From Eledone cirrhosa (Eukaryota), in NCBI GenBank assembly GCA_964016885.1, contig OZ024751.1, forward strand, positions 18,228,001 to 18,292,000: DNA of 64,000 nt, in the 5' to 3' direction. The translations under genes and the position numbers were made by a program. This document shows positions 13,131 to 26,218 of the stretch, piece by piece (position 1 is the first letter of the stretch; each line of letters opens with the position of its first letter). The notes under the pieces are model-generated. The model was given only the letters and a program-made list of their open reading frames with translations, ran no database searches and had not been told where the DNA came from.

Positions 13131-13791
13131 CTTTCTTTCTGTATATAAGCAGGTTAGTATGTGTATAATTATATGCATGCACGTATGTGTGTATGTGTGC
13201 GTGCATGTATGTGTGTGTGTATGTGTGCGTGTGTGTGTGTGCGTGTATGTGTGTATGTGTGTGTTTTTGTATGTATGTATGTGTGTGTGTGTATGTGTGC
13301 GTGTATGTGTGTCTGCTTGTGGGTATTTTAATGAATCATTTCCTTATATAAGAAATGGATTATTGTGGGATATTTGGATTTGGCTCACTATTTCTAGCAA
13401 TGGTGGGGCCTGCCTGGCTGGCTGTCAGGCTGGCTGGCTTCCCTTTAAGCCCTGTCTAATGACTGTTGTATATTACTGTCCTTGTTTTATTGTTTTTCTT
13501 CTTCTATTTCTTTGCTTTCTACTCTTGTTGTTAATGTTGTCGTCGGTGTTGATTCCCCATTAAGAAATTACTTACCAAATTAATGCGTGATAAAGAACAA
13601 AACAGCAGCCATCTCCAAATACATCCAATCTCATTAGCATTTAGATCACTCCACTAGTATAGAGTTTTTCTCTTTTTTTTAAATAAGGAATTACATCATA
13701 ATTACATTACATTATCACTACCGATTATATTAATCATCTGTACTACTACGATTATGAGCATAATAATAATAATGATGATAATGATAATAAT

Positions 13792-14216
13792 GATCAAGAA
13801 ATTAGAACACAACAAGAACACAATAGGCCTGACCTGGTGGTTTTGGACAAGGAAAAAAGATCATGCCTGATTGTAGATGTAGCCTGCCCATTTGAAACGA
13901 GAGTACAAGAAAAGGAGAGGGGGGAAAATTAACCGATACCAGGATTTAAAGTGGGATTTAAAAAGGATTTGGAACTGCCATGAAATCAAGGTCGTCCCGA
14001 TCGTCATAGGCGCACTATGTTCTATCTCAAAGAGTTTCCAAGGATGGTTAAAGAAGATTAGTCCAGCCCCGCTTTTTGGAACACTCCAAAAGGCATGCTT
14101 GCTGGCAACAGCAAGAACCCTCCGATACGTCCTGAATGTCTGAGGCTGCAGGTAGCGGCTTGATATTCATTGCAACAAACTTTCCAGTTAAATAACCTCA
14201 ATGACTGAGACTCAAA
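13792..14216 (+). mobile_element. R4/Dong-clade non-LTR retrotransposon 3' end (restriction-like endonuclease domain)
   Basis: Translates as HNRPDLVVLDKEKRSCLIVDVACPFETRV...KINRYQDLKWDLKRIW..VVPIVIGAL (PD..D-type RLE, one frameshift in a G run). Flanked on both sides by (TAA)n, the established Dong target. Confidence 0.9.
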
Positions 14217-14452
14217 AATAATAATAATAATAATAATGATGGTTTCTTTAATAACCACAAGGGTTTACACAAAGTAGACATTAAGGACAGTACAGGACAA
14301 TACAGGACGGTACAAATGGCCATTTCTGCGTGTAAAAAAACAAAAACAGAGGATGTAGCAAAAAAAGAAATTATCCAAAATTCCCCAATAGGGGGGAAAC
14401 TTCCGAGTGATATTCGTGGATGTGATAATGAGAATAATGATAATAATAATGA

Positions 14453-14482
<30 letters not shown>

Positions 14483-14486
<4 letters not shown>

Positions 14487-15362
14487 TCTACTTTTGGCAC
14501 AAGGCCAGCAATTACCCCCCCCCCCCTCGGCCTCAGCGAATTACTGGTACTTTATTTTATCGACACCGTAAGGATGAAAGGCAAAGTTAACCTCGGCAGG
14601 ATTTGAACTCAGAATGGCAAGGGCCGTAACTCTATGCTGCAAAGAATGGCGTCCGACCTTCTACCGATACTGCCAATCCACAATAATAATAATAATGTTT
14701 CTATTTTTCGAACAATCCCAGCAATTACCCACAATGCATTACTGGTGCTTTATTTTATCGACCTCGTAAGGATGAAAGGCAGAGTCAACCTCGGCGGGAT
14801 TTGAACTCAGTCCACAAAGGACCGTAACTCTATGCTGCAAAGCATGGCGTCCGACCCTCTACCGATACTGCCAACTTTTGGCACAAGGCCAGCAATTTCC
14901 CCAATGAATTACTGGTGCTTTATTTTATCGACCCCCTAAGGGTGAAAGACAATGTTAATCTGACGGGATTTGTACTCAGAACGTAAAGGGCCACGACTCT
15001 ATGCTGCGAAGCATGGTGACCGACTCTCTACGGATACTGCCAAACCACCGCCCTAATAATAATAATGATAATAATAATAATGGTTTCTGATTTAGGCCCA
15101 AGGTCAACAATTTTTTTTTTTGGGGGGGGGGGCGATTAAATCGATCCTAGTTCGTTGCAAGTACTTTATTTTATCGACCTTGTAAGGATGAAAGGTAAAG
15201 TTAACCTGCAAAGTATGTACGGCGTTCTATCAATACTGGCCATCCATTGCCCTTACATATTTTATCGCAAAGTTAATCCCGGCGGGATTTGAACTGAGAC
15301 CGTAAAGGGACGTAACTACGCTGGAAAGCATGGCGTCCGACTCTCTACCGATATTGCCAATC
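14483..15362 (-). mobile_element. Cluster of ~5 SINE family 1 copies in the same orientation
   Basis: Repeated GGATGAAAGGCAAAGTTAACCTCGGCGGGATTTGAACTCAG units, most separated by (TAA)n tails. Confidence 0.85.
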
Positions 15363-15690
15363 CATTTTTTTTCGGGGGGGGGGGGGGGGCGGTCGAATAA
15401 AAGACCCTAGTGCGATACTGCTACTTTATATCCGCCTTACGTGCTATACCAGTAATACAATGGTCGAGCTTCACACGTATTGGCTTACGTTGAAACTCTG
15501 TACTAGTGCAATAGGTGCCTTCTTTTCAATAAACAATGACTAAATAACACTCTGGAATTAGCCGTTGATACGACAAGAGCTCAGCCGTTGGGGTTCCTGA
15601 CTCTTTATAATATAACCATACTCCACCACCCCAAGTATCGAGTACTCTGGTGAGTAATGGTCTAACCAGTTTCAAACTGAATCTATCCTG

Positions 15691-15742
<52 letters not shown>

Positions 15743-15778
15743 CCAGGGAGTGTAACGGGAAGTCATTACTACAATGGA

Positions 15779-15863
15779 GGTCCGACGAGGTTTTGATTCC
15801 AGAGTCGGGCCAGATCAATACAGATCGAACCTTGAACTGATCAATAGCGAAACGTACGTCACC
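15779..15863 (+). ncRNA. Type I hammerhead motif, family J (CCGACGA core, ~60-nt stem II)
   Basis: ggt-CCGACGA-[60 nt]-GAAA-cgtacg-TC/acc. Palindromic stem III ACGTACGT, GUC site, AATAAA just downstream. Confidence 0.6.
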
Positions 15864-15923
15864 AGGCAATAAACGTAATGAAGGCTGAACCAAATCGTCC
15901 TTGTATTGTTTTATATATATATA

Positions 15924-16624
15924 CTAGCAGAATGGCCCGACCTGGCTCGGGATTCTAGACATAGATTGCCATGTTTATCCCTCCTTTCTGAAACAGTACA
16001 GAGAAGTACGGAATACCTCGGCCTCGGGATGGTGTCTACATTTTGTGCTTATAAAAAAAAATTCGTCGTAGATTACCAGGGTTTTTTCACGTGCGAAGAA
16101 AATCAATACTTTATCGCGAAATAAATCCTTTTGTTTATATTTTGTTATTGTATATGCAAAAATATCTGTACACGAATATATAATTATATATATATATATT
16201 AAAATAACAGATTAAAGTTTAAGCAAAGAATCGCTGCTTTCACCCTTAAACTTCTGAAACTAAAAAAATCAATATGTGGACGAAGAAGTAAATATTTGGA
16301 AAAACGTTACACACTATATATATATATATATATATACACACACGCACATATAGCGTCATAATGTCGCAATGCAGACAGCCAGACATATAGATATTATAAG
16401 GGCACAAAGTTATATCTCTATATCTATCTAAAAAGAAAGACTAAGAATTATAGAGAGGGATCGCTAAATCGCCTAATGCGGTCCCTGGGGCATTGAAAAT
16501 TTGAAATATTTTTTGCTTATTTTTCATAAGTATTACATGTGTAAAGTTTGAAAACAATCGGTTGGGTTGTTCTCGAGTTTTAGGGAGTCAGACAGACAGA
16601 CATTCTCTGTTTTAGATATATAGA
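15924..16624 (-). mobile_element. Non-autonomous Helitron
   Basis: Minus strand reads A|TCTATATATCTAAAA..(GTCT)n at the 5' end. The 3' end is a GC hairpin CCCGAGCCAGGTCGGG, then CTAG|T, with an AT insertion site and no TSD. Confidence 0.8.
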
Positions 16625-16630
16625 TATATA

Positions 16631-16732
<102 letters not shown>

Positions 16733-16737
16733 ACACA

Positions 16738-17113
16738 CCATATTTATTTCATTATACATATTTCAAGGACACCAAGTTAAATTAAATTATGGTATGCTTT
16801 CATCAGACAAAATATAATATAGATCAGTTTTATAAATAAATATTGGCATAACCCTTAAAAAATGCAACCATTACTGTTGGAAGCTCCCGGATAGTATAAA
16901 ATATATTATATTTTGTCTGATGAAGGCATACCATAATTTAATTTAATTTAACTTGGTGTCCTTGAAATATGTATAATGAAATAAATATGGTTTTATAAAT
17001 ATAGTTTCCTTTTGTTAATATCGTATGTTTACTCCAAATACTTGTTGAGTGCTTTATATCAGTTATAAAAATATTTGCTTGTTGTATCCCAACAATTTAA
17101 ATAGAACTTTTGC
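16738..17113. mobile_element. Family C fold-back element with two hammerheads (16745-16814 minus, 16909-16983 plus)
   Basis: Inverted arms, each tattttgt-CTGATGA-a(a/g)gcatacca..tggtgtcctt-GAAA-tatgta-TA/atgaaata. Ends in (TA)n. Confidence 0.8.
16909..16983 (+). ncRNA. Type I hammerhead ribozyme, family C
   Basis: 8-bp stem I including G-U pairs, canonical core, long stem II, quasi-palindromic stem III. Confidence 0.78.
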
Positions 17114-17225
17114 ATATATATATATATATATCATCATCCTCATTTAACGCCCATCTTCCACGCTAGCATGGGTTATATATATATATTCTATGTATATATA
17201 TATATATATTTATACATATATATAT

Positions 17226-17267
<42 letters not shown>

Positions 17268-17404
17268 GATGTATATCGCTGATACCTTCTTTACACTAAA
17301 CTTTCAAATGAAAGATACATACAATGCCAAAGAATAGTACATCCTACAACAAAACCAAACACAAATAAACATCAATATACACCATTTTACTATTCTACCA
17401 TTTA

Positions 17405-17603
17405 GGGAGGTGGATTGGCAGTGTCGGCAGAGGGTCGGACGCCATGCTTTGCAGCCTAGAGTTACGGTCCTTTACGATCTGAGTTCAAATCCCGCCGAGG
17501 TTAACTTTGCCTTTCATCCTTACGGGGTCGATAAAATAAAGCACCAGTAAAGTACTGGGTAAATTTGATCGACTTTCCCTTCCCCCCCAAATAACCTGGC
17601 CTT
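17405..17603 (+). mobile_element. SINE family 1
   Basis: Full-length match to the family consensus. Confidence 0.85.
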
Positions 17604-18117
17604 GAATTATTCTACCATTTCATCTTTCGTACGATCGTTCGTTCTTTGATGCCATACGATAGTGAAAAAGTAGTTTTGCGATGACTTGCTGGCCAAGCAG
17701 TGAAAATTGATAAATACATCAACTTTATTGAGGTCAATTTGATACACTCTACGACTTACCTTTTAAAAGTAAAATATAAATATGTAGATAATAACAAATA
17801 TAATGGAAAAAATAGAAATCTGTTTCGCGTGTTTAGTAACAAGTAAAAAGAAATCGTTAGCGAAGTCGATAAAGCCACATTTAATGATTACAACATGTGA
17901 CGTTTTTATGTGTTTATGTGATTCTGTACATATGTCAGTTTATGTCGGTCTATTTGTGGCTTTCTACAACAGCCAGCACCGTCCATTGAGAGGGAGCAGA
18001 GGCGCATGCCGCTTTTAGTGCTTTTTCATGTATTTTTTTCACTTTCACACACACCAAGAAGTGTGTACTGTGTCTTTAATTTAAAAGCGTATGTACGTAT
18101 GTATATATGCATGTTTT

Positions 18118-18265
<148 letters not shown>

Positions 18266-18384
18266 AGTGGGTCCGTGCGTGTGTGCGTGCGTAGGGGTGT
18301 GTGTGTATTTTGTGAGTTGATATTTTTGATTTGAGCCATGTTACGTATTTGATCTCTATGTTTACATGCACACAGACACGCACG

Positions 18385-18426
<42 letters not shown>

Positions 18427-18593
18427 AAGAGAGAGAGAGAGAGAGAGAGAGATATAGATAGAAGTTTATCACGGGTTCAATTGGGGGTAACCACAGTAAA
18501 TAAGGTACTGAAGACATAGCAGAGTATAAATATTTAATATAGAAATGACTTCTACAGGATAAGAACTGTTTCATTCGGGAGAAATCATGAAGC

Positions 18594-18640
18594 CTTCCTG
18601 ATGATTTCTCTCGAATGAAACAGTTCTTATCCTGTAGAAG
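18594..18640 (+). ncRNA. Type I hammerhead ribozyme, family D, in a fold-back palindrome (~18538-18650)
   Basis: cttc-CTGATGA-tttctctcgaat-GAAA-cag-ttcttatc-ctg-TA/gaag. An inverted copy lies immediately upstream. Confidence 0.75.
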
Positions 18641-18680
18641 TCATTTCTATATATATATATATTATGTATATATAGAGAGA

Positions 18681-19140
18681 GAGAATAGAAAACGAAAAAT
18701 CAGTGATGCATCGGAACTCAATTTATTGCGTGTTACAATTGTTTCCCCCGGCGGACAGCTCGAGGGGAGTGACAGCTCACGCCCTGAAGGTCAGCGGGCT
18801 GCTACCAGTGGTCAGAACAATGATGCCGTCACCAACCAGTGACCAACCAAATGACGCGCAAAGCGGATGAAGGTGGTCGATATAGACCCGTAGGTTCAGA
18901 AACACCAGAAAGAGGATATGCTCTGAAATCAATAGACGTGTCCGAGGAACCTGCGAGTTTAGAGTCAGGTCTATCCACACACGGATCCACCTCGAGGTCT
19001 TCGCCGGTGCATCACTGATTTCCGATCACTGAGTTCCGATGCATCACTGATTTTTCGTTTTCCATTCTATTAAACTCTGCTCCGTAGGAGCATAGAGTGC
19101 TCAACCGGCATACCGCCTATGGAAGCAGCATAGCTACCAT
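18681..19140. mobile_element. Family J element with inverted ends and split hammerhead halves
   Basis: Inverted repeat 18681-18720/19030-19070. Minus strand has GAAA-caattg-TA/acacg near 18730; plus strand has cgtgt-CCGAGGA near 18940. The tail ACTCTGCTCCGT..GAGTGCTCAA is shared with 25835-25890. Confidence 0.6.
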
Positions 19141-19142
19141 TA

Positions 19143-19185
<43 letters not shown>

Positions 19186-19194
19186 TATATATAC

Positions 19195-19398
19195 AGGAAC
19201 GAGTAGGACCCCGACGGCTGAGCTCAAGCCGTTTCGACGGCTAATCTTCGACTCAGTCTAGTCCAGAATTAGCCGTCGAAACGGCTTGAGCTCAGCCGTC
19301 GGGGTCCTACTCGTTCCTATTACCCACTCTACTACCCTAAGTATTGAGTACTTTGGTGCGTTATGGTCCATCTGGTTCCGTACTACATTTCCTTCGTT
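19195..19398 (+). mobile_element. Family A fold-back element
   Basis: Inverted arms meet at ~19255, before AGTCCAGAATTAGCCGTCGAAACGGCTTGAGCTCAGCCGTC. Flanked by (TA)n. Confidence 0.75.
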
Positions 19399-19547
19399 AT
19401 ATATACATATATATATGTATATATAATATATAAGAACAAAAGATTGTTAAAAGAGTTCCATGTATTTTATTATGCGCATTTCAAAATATATGTTGATTTA
19501 AAACTGAACTATCCACAAGTGTTTTTAACCTTCATATCATGTCCTCC

Positions 19548-19618
19548 TGTTTTATCTGATGAAAACACAAATATTATTGCATGACGATATTTGTTTTTGA
19601 AATGCGCATAATAAAATA
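19548..19618 (+). ncRNA. Type I hammerhead ribozyme, family B (element 19425-19742)
   Basis: Same architecture as 10277-10347. Confidence 0.8.
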
Positions 19619-20021
19619 CATGGAACTCTTTTAACCATCTTTTGTTCTTATATATTATGTATACTCCAGTCCTACAAACTGTAGAGTGCTTCTTATCCGA
19701 TATCTGCATTGCTTTATTGGACTACAATAAAACTCACCTCCTATATATATATATATATATATATGCTTGTATGTTAAAAATATATAAGAAGGTAGGTACG
19801 ATCTATATACATTTATATATGTATTTAAGGCTTATATTTATTATATATACGGAATCTCGTATGTTAGACAAATAAAGATACAAAACCTCACTCCTTTGAT
19901 TTCTGCTTAACTTTTAGCCTGATTTCTGCTTAACGTTTAGCCTTAACCCTAACACCCACCTATTACCACAATCTTGTATTTATATATATATAAAAAAAGA
20001 AAACATTTCACAATATGTTAC

Positions 20022-20423
20022 CTGTAATATTTTCCGTTCAACATTGAAATTCGACGACTAGGATTCTTTCGATAAGTTAGTGGCGCCAAACAGTTTCTTT
20101 AGCAAGGACTCTGTAACATTTAAATGGATTTTCGTACGGATGTGACGATTTTTACAGGTCTTATTATTTAAGATCTCTCCGAGGCTGTGAACAGCTGCTT
20201 TAAGATATGATGGGTCCTCAGTCACATTCGATGATGAGAATTCAGTCATTTCGTTAACTGAACGACTAGCATTTAAATTAACATGTAAGTGGATGAATAA
20301 TTCATAAAGACATGTAGTCTTAGTGTAATTATCAAGCCGAAGTTGTGTAACAAAATGTATAACAGAGCTGCACCCTTCAATTACGGTTACAATCCATTGG
20401 TCAAGATAATTACACTTACACGG
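20022..20423 (-). CDS. Candidate host coding exon (134 codons, phase 0-0), adhesion-GPCR GAIN-subdomain-A-like, one in-frame TAG
   Basis: Acceptor ttccttttttcatag| at 20424 and donor CAG|GTAAC at 20021. The frame is open for 121 codons (PCKCNYLDQW...NVTESLLKKLFGATNLSKES), then TAG at 20058-20060, then SSNFNVERKILQ up to the donor. The family call is resemblance judged by eye. Confidence 0.5.
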
Positions 20424-20474
20424 CTATGAAAAAAGGAACTTGCCTAAGATAACAACGTGATCGAACCTGGGAAG

Positions 20475-20785
20475 CTTCTTCTTCTTCTTCTTCTTCTTCT
20501 TCTTCTTCTTCTTCTTCTTCTTCTTCTTCTTTTGCTTCTTCTTCTTCTTCTTTTGCTTCTTCTTCTTTTGCTTCTTCTTCTTTTGCTTCTTTTGCTTCTT
20601 TTTCTTCTTCTTCCTCTTTTGCTTCTTTTGCTTCTTCTTCTTCTTCTTCTTCTTTTGCTTCTTCTTTTTCTCCTTCTTCTTCTTTTGCTTCTTCGCCCAC
20701 TTATTCCTGGGAGGGAGGTGAAGGAAGAGCCTGATATATGCCTTCCAGCGGGTCCTGTCACATGCAACCGTCACCAATCGATAGG
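20475..20785 (-). mobile_element. RTE-like LINE 3' end with long (GAA)n tail
   Basis: Minus frame gives ACDRTRWKAYI (DRxxW motif of RTE ORF ends), followed by ~220 bp of (AAG)n. Confidence 0.45.
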
Positions 20786-20867
20786 GTCTGTCTGCATTAC
20801 GACATTATCACGTTACATGTGTGTGTGTGTGTATATATGTATATATATATAGTGTATATATATATAT

Positions 20868-20983
20868 AGTGTGTAACGTTTTCCGAAATATTTACTTCTG
20901 CGTTCACAGATTGATTTTTTTAGTTTCAGAAGATCCCGTTAAGGGTGGAAGCAGCGATTCTTTGCTTAAACTTTAATCTGTTA

Positions 20984-21027
<44 letters not shown>

Positions 21028-21425
21028 TAAACGGAATAGAAAATGCTGACAAATTGTTCACAGTTGAAAAATGGTTTAATTAGGAATAAAAGAGTATTAG
21101 TGATTGTATGGGTTAGTATTCAGTTGTGGTTTTAAGTTTTTAAGTTTTTACCGGTAAAAACTATAATTATATATTCGTGTACAGATATTTTTGCATATAC
21201 AATAACAAAATATGAACAAAAGGATTTATTTCGCGATAAAGTATTGATTTTCTTCGCACGGAGAAAACCATAGTAAATTACGACGAAATTTTTTATAAGC
21301 ACAAAATGTAGACACCATCCCAATGCCGAGGTATTTCTTACTTCTCTGTATTGTTTCAGAAAGGAGGGATAGACATGCCAATCTATGTTTAGAATCCCGA
21401 GCAATGCCGGGCCATTCTGCAACTA
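20868..21425 (+). mobile_element. Second, partial copy of the Helitron (3' part)
   Basis: Inverted homolog of 15924-16312, with 3' hairpin CCCGAGCAATGCCGGG. Contains a family H hammerhead at 20922-20972 (GAAA mutated to GGAA). Confidence 0.7.
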
Positions 21426-21641
21426 TATACGTCAAACAAACAACGCCACAATCTATTCTTTACGTTTTTAGCTTTTTTTTATTTCTTCCGGCGCCGCCGA
21501 CCTCTTAAGCTACACTTCTCTCTATTAATGCCCGGTTCAATTTTTACTGTTACCTGATGTCACATTACAACAGTTGTAACAGATTGCTCTTAAACCGTAA
21601 TATATGCTATTGATACTTCGGTATTATTGCTGTGTGTGTGT

Positions 21642-21679
<38 letters not shown>

Positions 21680-21902
21680 TTTCACCAGCCCTCCACCTGC
21701 AGGTCTCCGACCCCACACTCGTGTGGGTATATTGACTAATATATATGTGTGAGTGTGTGTGTGTGTGTATTATATATCATGTATATATTTATATATACAT
21801 ATATTTATATATATATTTATATATATATATTTATACATATTTATATATATATTACATATATATACATATATATATATACATATATATACATATATACATA
21901 TA

Positions 21903-21978
<76 letters not shown>

Positions 21979-22078
21979 TTGATCTTATATATTATGTATA
22001 CTCCAGTCCTACAAATTGTAGAGTGCTTTTTATCCGATATCTGCATTGCTTTATTGTACTACAATAAAACTCACCTCC

Positions 22079-22142
<64 letters not shown>

Positions 22143-22494
22143 TATATATATACATACACACACACCCTCATATATATTATATATATATATATATATATAC
22201 ATACACACACACCCTCATATATATTATATATATATATATATATATACATACACACACACCCTCATATATATTATATATATATATATATATACATACACAC
22301 ACACCCTCATATATATTATATATATATATATATATACATACACACACACCCTCAAATATATTATATATATATATAAATATATATATACACACAGTCATAT
22401 ATATACATATATATATCACCCCACTCTCATGCGTGAAACTAATTTGTACTGCCCCTTCGTTTTATTGGGTTTTGTTCTCTGTTTATTTATTAAA

Positions 22495-22622
<128 letters not shown>

Positions 22623-22639
22623 CATATATATATATATAC

Positions 22640-22721
<82 letters not shown>

Positions 22722-22732
22722 TATATATATAT

Positions 22733-22814
<82 letters not shown>

Positions 22815-22860
22815 TATATATATATAATATATATATATATATATACACACACACATAAAC

Positions 22861-22910
<50 letters not shown>

Positions 22911-22931
22911 GTACACAAATGTACATACATA

Positions 22932-22997
<66 letters not shown>

Positions 22998-23346
22998 TAA
23001 ATATGCATCCATCTATATATATATATGTAGTTTCGACTCATACAGACACACACTTATCTATGTATATGTATATGTATGCGTGTGTGTTTGTTTGTGTGTC
23101 TGTATATGTATACATACATAAAATTATTTTTCGAGTTCAATTCTCATTCGAAACCACTTAACTTACGTCACTAATGTCCCTCGTCAGTTTTGCTTATATA
23201 TTGTTGTTGTTATTGTTGTTATTGTTATTGTTGTTGTTGTTATTGTTGTTGTTATCTCTCTCATATTGTCACATTTACATATCTTTGATGCCTCCATTCT
23301 CTTCCCCTTCCCACTCTCTATATATTCCGGAGTACTCCTTTGATGC

Positions 23347-23378
<32 letters not shown>

Positions 23379-23484
23379 CAGTATGTATGTGTTTATGTGT
23401 GTGTGTGTGTGTGTGTCAGTATGTATGTGTTTACATATATGTATTACATATATATTACTCACACACACACACACACACACACAT

Positions 23485-23541
<57 letters not shown>

Positions 23542-23673
23542 TAACTCCATCTCACGTTATAAAACTTTCATGAAGTTTTCTTGTATATTTTCTTCAGTCT
23601 TCTTTCTGTTAGAAGACTGAAGAAACAAATACACATACACATACACACACACACATACACACACACACACACG

Positions 23674-23768
<95 letters not shown>

Positions 23769-25454
23769 TTTTTATTACATCTCTTTTATATGTTTTTGAT
23801 TTGTATTTGATTTGTGGTTTTTTTCCGTCAGGGTTGTTTTGTGTGTTACATTTTAATAGCTTGTTGTTTTGTTTTTGTTTCACAATTTATTATAGTGTGT
23901 CGTATTTGTTGCTGTTCTTGTGATGTTTTGCTGTTGACGGTATTGGTTGTGGTGAGATGTGGTGGAGGTGGTGGTGATGGTGGAGGTGGTGATGGTGGAG
24001 GTGGTGTTGTTGGAGGTGGTGATTGTGGTGTTGGTTGTGATGTTTTGCTGTTGACGGTATTGGTCGTGGAGAGATGTTGTGGGGTTGGTGGTGATGGTGG
24101 AGGTGGTGGTGGTAGTGGAGGTGGTGAGGTGGTGTTGGTGGAGGTGGTGATAGTGGAGGTGGTGATGGTGGTGGAGGTGGTGATGGTGATGATGTTTTGC
24201 TGTTGACGGTATTGGTCGTGGAGAGATGTGGTGGAGGTGGTGTTGGTGGAGGTGGTTGTAGTTGTAGGTGTGGTGGTGTTTGTCGAGACGATGCTGATTG
24301 AGGTTGTGGTTGTGATGATGTTGGAGATGATGATGATATTGGTGGTGGTGGTGGTGGTGTTGGGGGATTGTTATTGCTGGTAGTAAAATGGGGTTTTGGT
24401 GACGGTCATGGTTTTTGTGGTGTTGTTGGTGTTTGTTGAGGAGTTAATGGTGGTACTTGTGTTGATGTTGGTGTTGTTGTTGTTGTTGTTGGTGTTGGTG
24501 GTGGTGAAGGTGGTGTTGGTGGTGACGGTGATTGTTTTGTTGTTGTTGGTGGTAGTGGAGGTGAAGGTGGTGTTAGTGGTGGTATTTGTGTTGGTGCTGG
24601 TAGTAGACGAATGGTGTTGCTGGTGACGGTGATTGCTTTGTTGTTGGTGGTGCTGGTGTTGGTGGATGTGAAGGTGGTGTTGGTGCTGGTAGTAAATGAT
24701 GGTGTTGGTGGTGACAGTGGTGGAGGGGGTGGTACTCGTCGTTCTGCTTTATTTATCCTTTGTTACTTCATGCATGTATATATATATATATATATATTCT
24801 TTCATATGGACACTTAGAAATGCATACAAGCGCACACAAGGAGACACACACACACACACACAAACACATACACACATGTAATACAAAATCATGCAGCATA
24901 CACACATACACACATGCAATACTAAAACATGCAGCATACACACATACACACATGCAATACAAAAACATGCAGCATACACGCTCACACATATACACAAACA
25001 ACACCGACACACACATAAACACACTCACTCTCAAACAAGTGAATACATATACCAACATACTTACAAACATATACTATACTCAATCATCTTTAAAGGAACA
25101 CCAACCACACCTCAAAAAAACAACAACACACACATACATATGCGCACACATTCATATGCGCACACACATACACATACACACATACACACCTGCACATCAA
25201 AGCAAGCATCAACAAATTTCCAAACACTAAAGACAACTCACATATATATAACAACACATATGAACACACACACCAGCAAAAACACATACACACAATCATT
25301 GAAACACGTATCAGAAACATCACAGACATGGCAACAATAACACACAAACATACACAAACCTGAACACAAACACTGCCATAAACACACCCATGAATACAAA
25401 TGCTGCTATACACACAGGCACACCAACACCTCACGTATACATATATATATATAT

Positions 25455-25673
25455 ATCGATCGACTTTCGTCAAATCGGACCAAGGAAACAATGTTTCCGT
25501 TGGGCTTTCCAGTTGCTAATACTATCTATCGGTCCCAACTCCAGGTAGAAGGAGCAACGTGAAATAAAGTGTCTTGCTCAAGGACATAACGTATCGCCCG
25601 GTCCAGGAATCGAACTCACAACCCCAAGATCGTGAATCCAATTCTCTAACCACCATTCAGCCACACGCCTTCA
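25455..25673 (-). mobile_element. SINE family 2 (CORE-like)
   Basis: tRNA head plus GTCCTTGAGCAAGACACTTTATTTCACGTTGCTCC. Near-identical copies lie at 48710 and 63262. Confidence 0.85.
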
Positions 25674-25674
25674 C

Positions 25675-25821
<147 letters not shown>

Positions 25822-26025
25822 GGTGTGGGGGTTTAAAGCGTCCGTGTGCGGTAGGCCGTTTGAGCACTCGATGCTCTCACGGAGCAGAGTATGATATCAG
25901 AAAAAAAAAAAAGAGAATCAGTGTTGCGACGAATATTACAATCGTTTCTCTGGCGACCAGCTGGAGGTACGATCGGTGTGATGATTGATTCTGACTCTGA
26001 AATCGCAAGGTCCTCAGAGAATCAA

Positions 26026-26120
26026 GACGTATCTGAGAACCTTGCGATTTCAGAGTCAGGTTCGATCGTCACATCGATCGTGCCTCGAGCTAGTCGCCAG
26101 AGAAACGATTGTAATATGTC
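26026..26120 (+). ncRNA. Type I hammerhead, family J, long stem II, in a fold-back palindrome (~25893-26166)
   Basis: gacgtat-CTGAGAA-[62 nt]-GAAA-cgattg-TA/atatgtc, with a 7-bp stem I. The inverted arm retains the canonical CTGAGGA. Confidence 0.65.
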
Positions 26121-26161
26121 CAATAAATTCCATTCGTCACAATACCGATTCTCTTTTTTTG

Positions 26162-26218
<57 letters not shown>

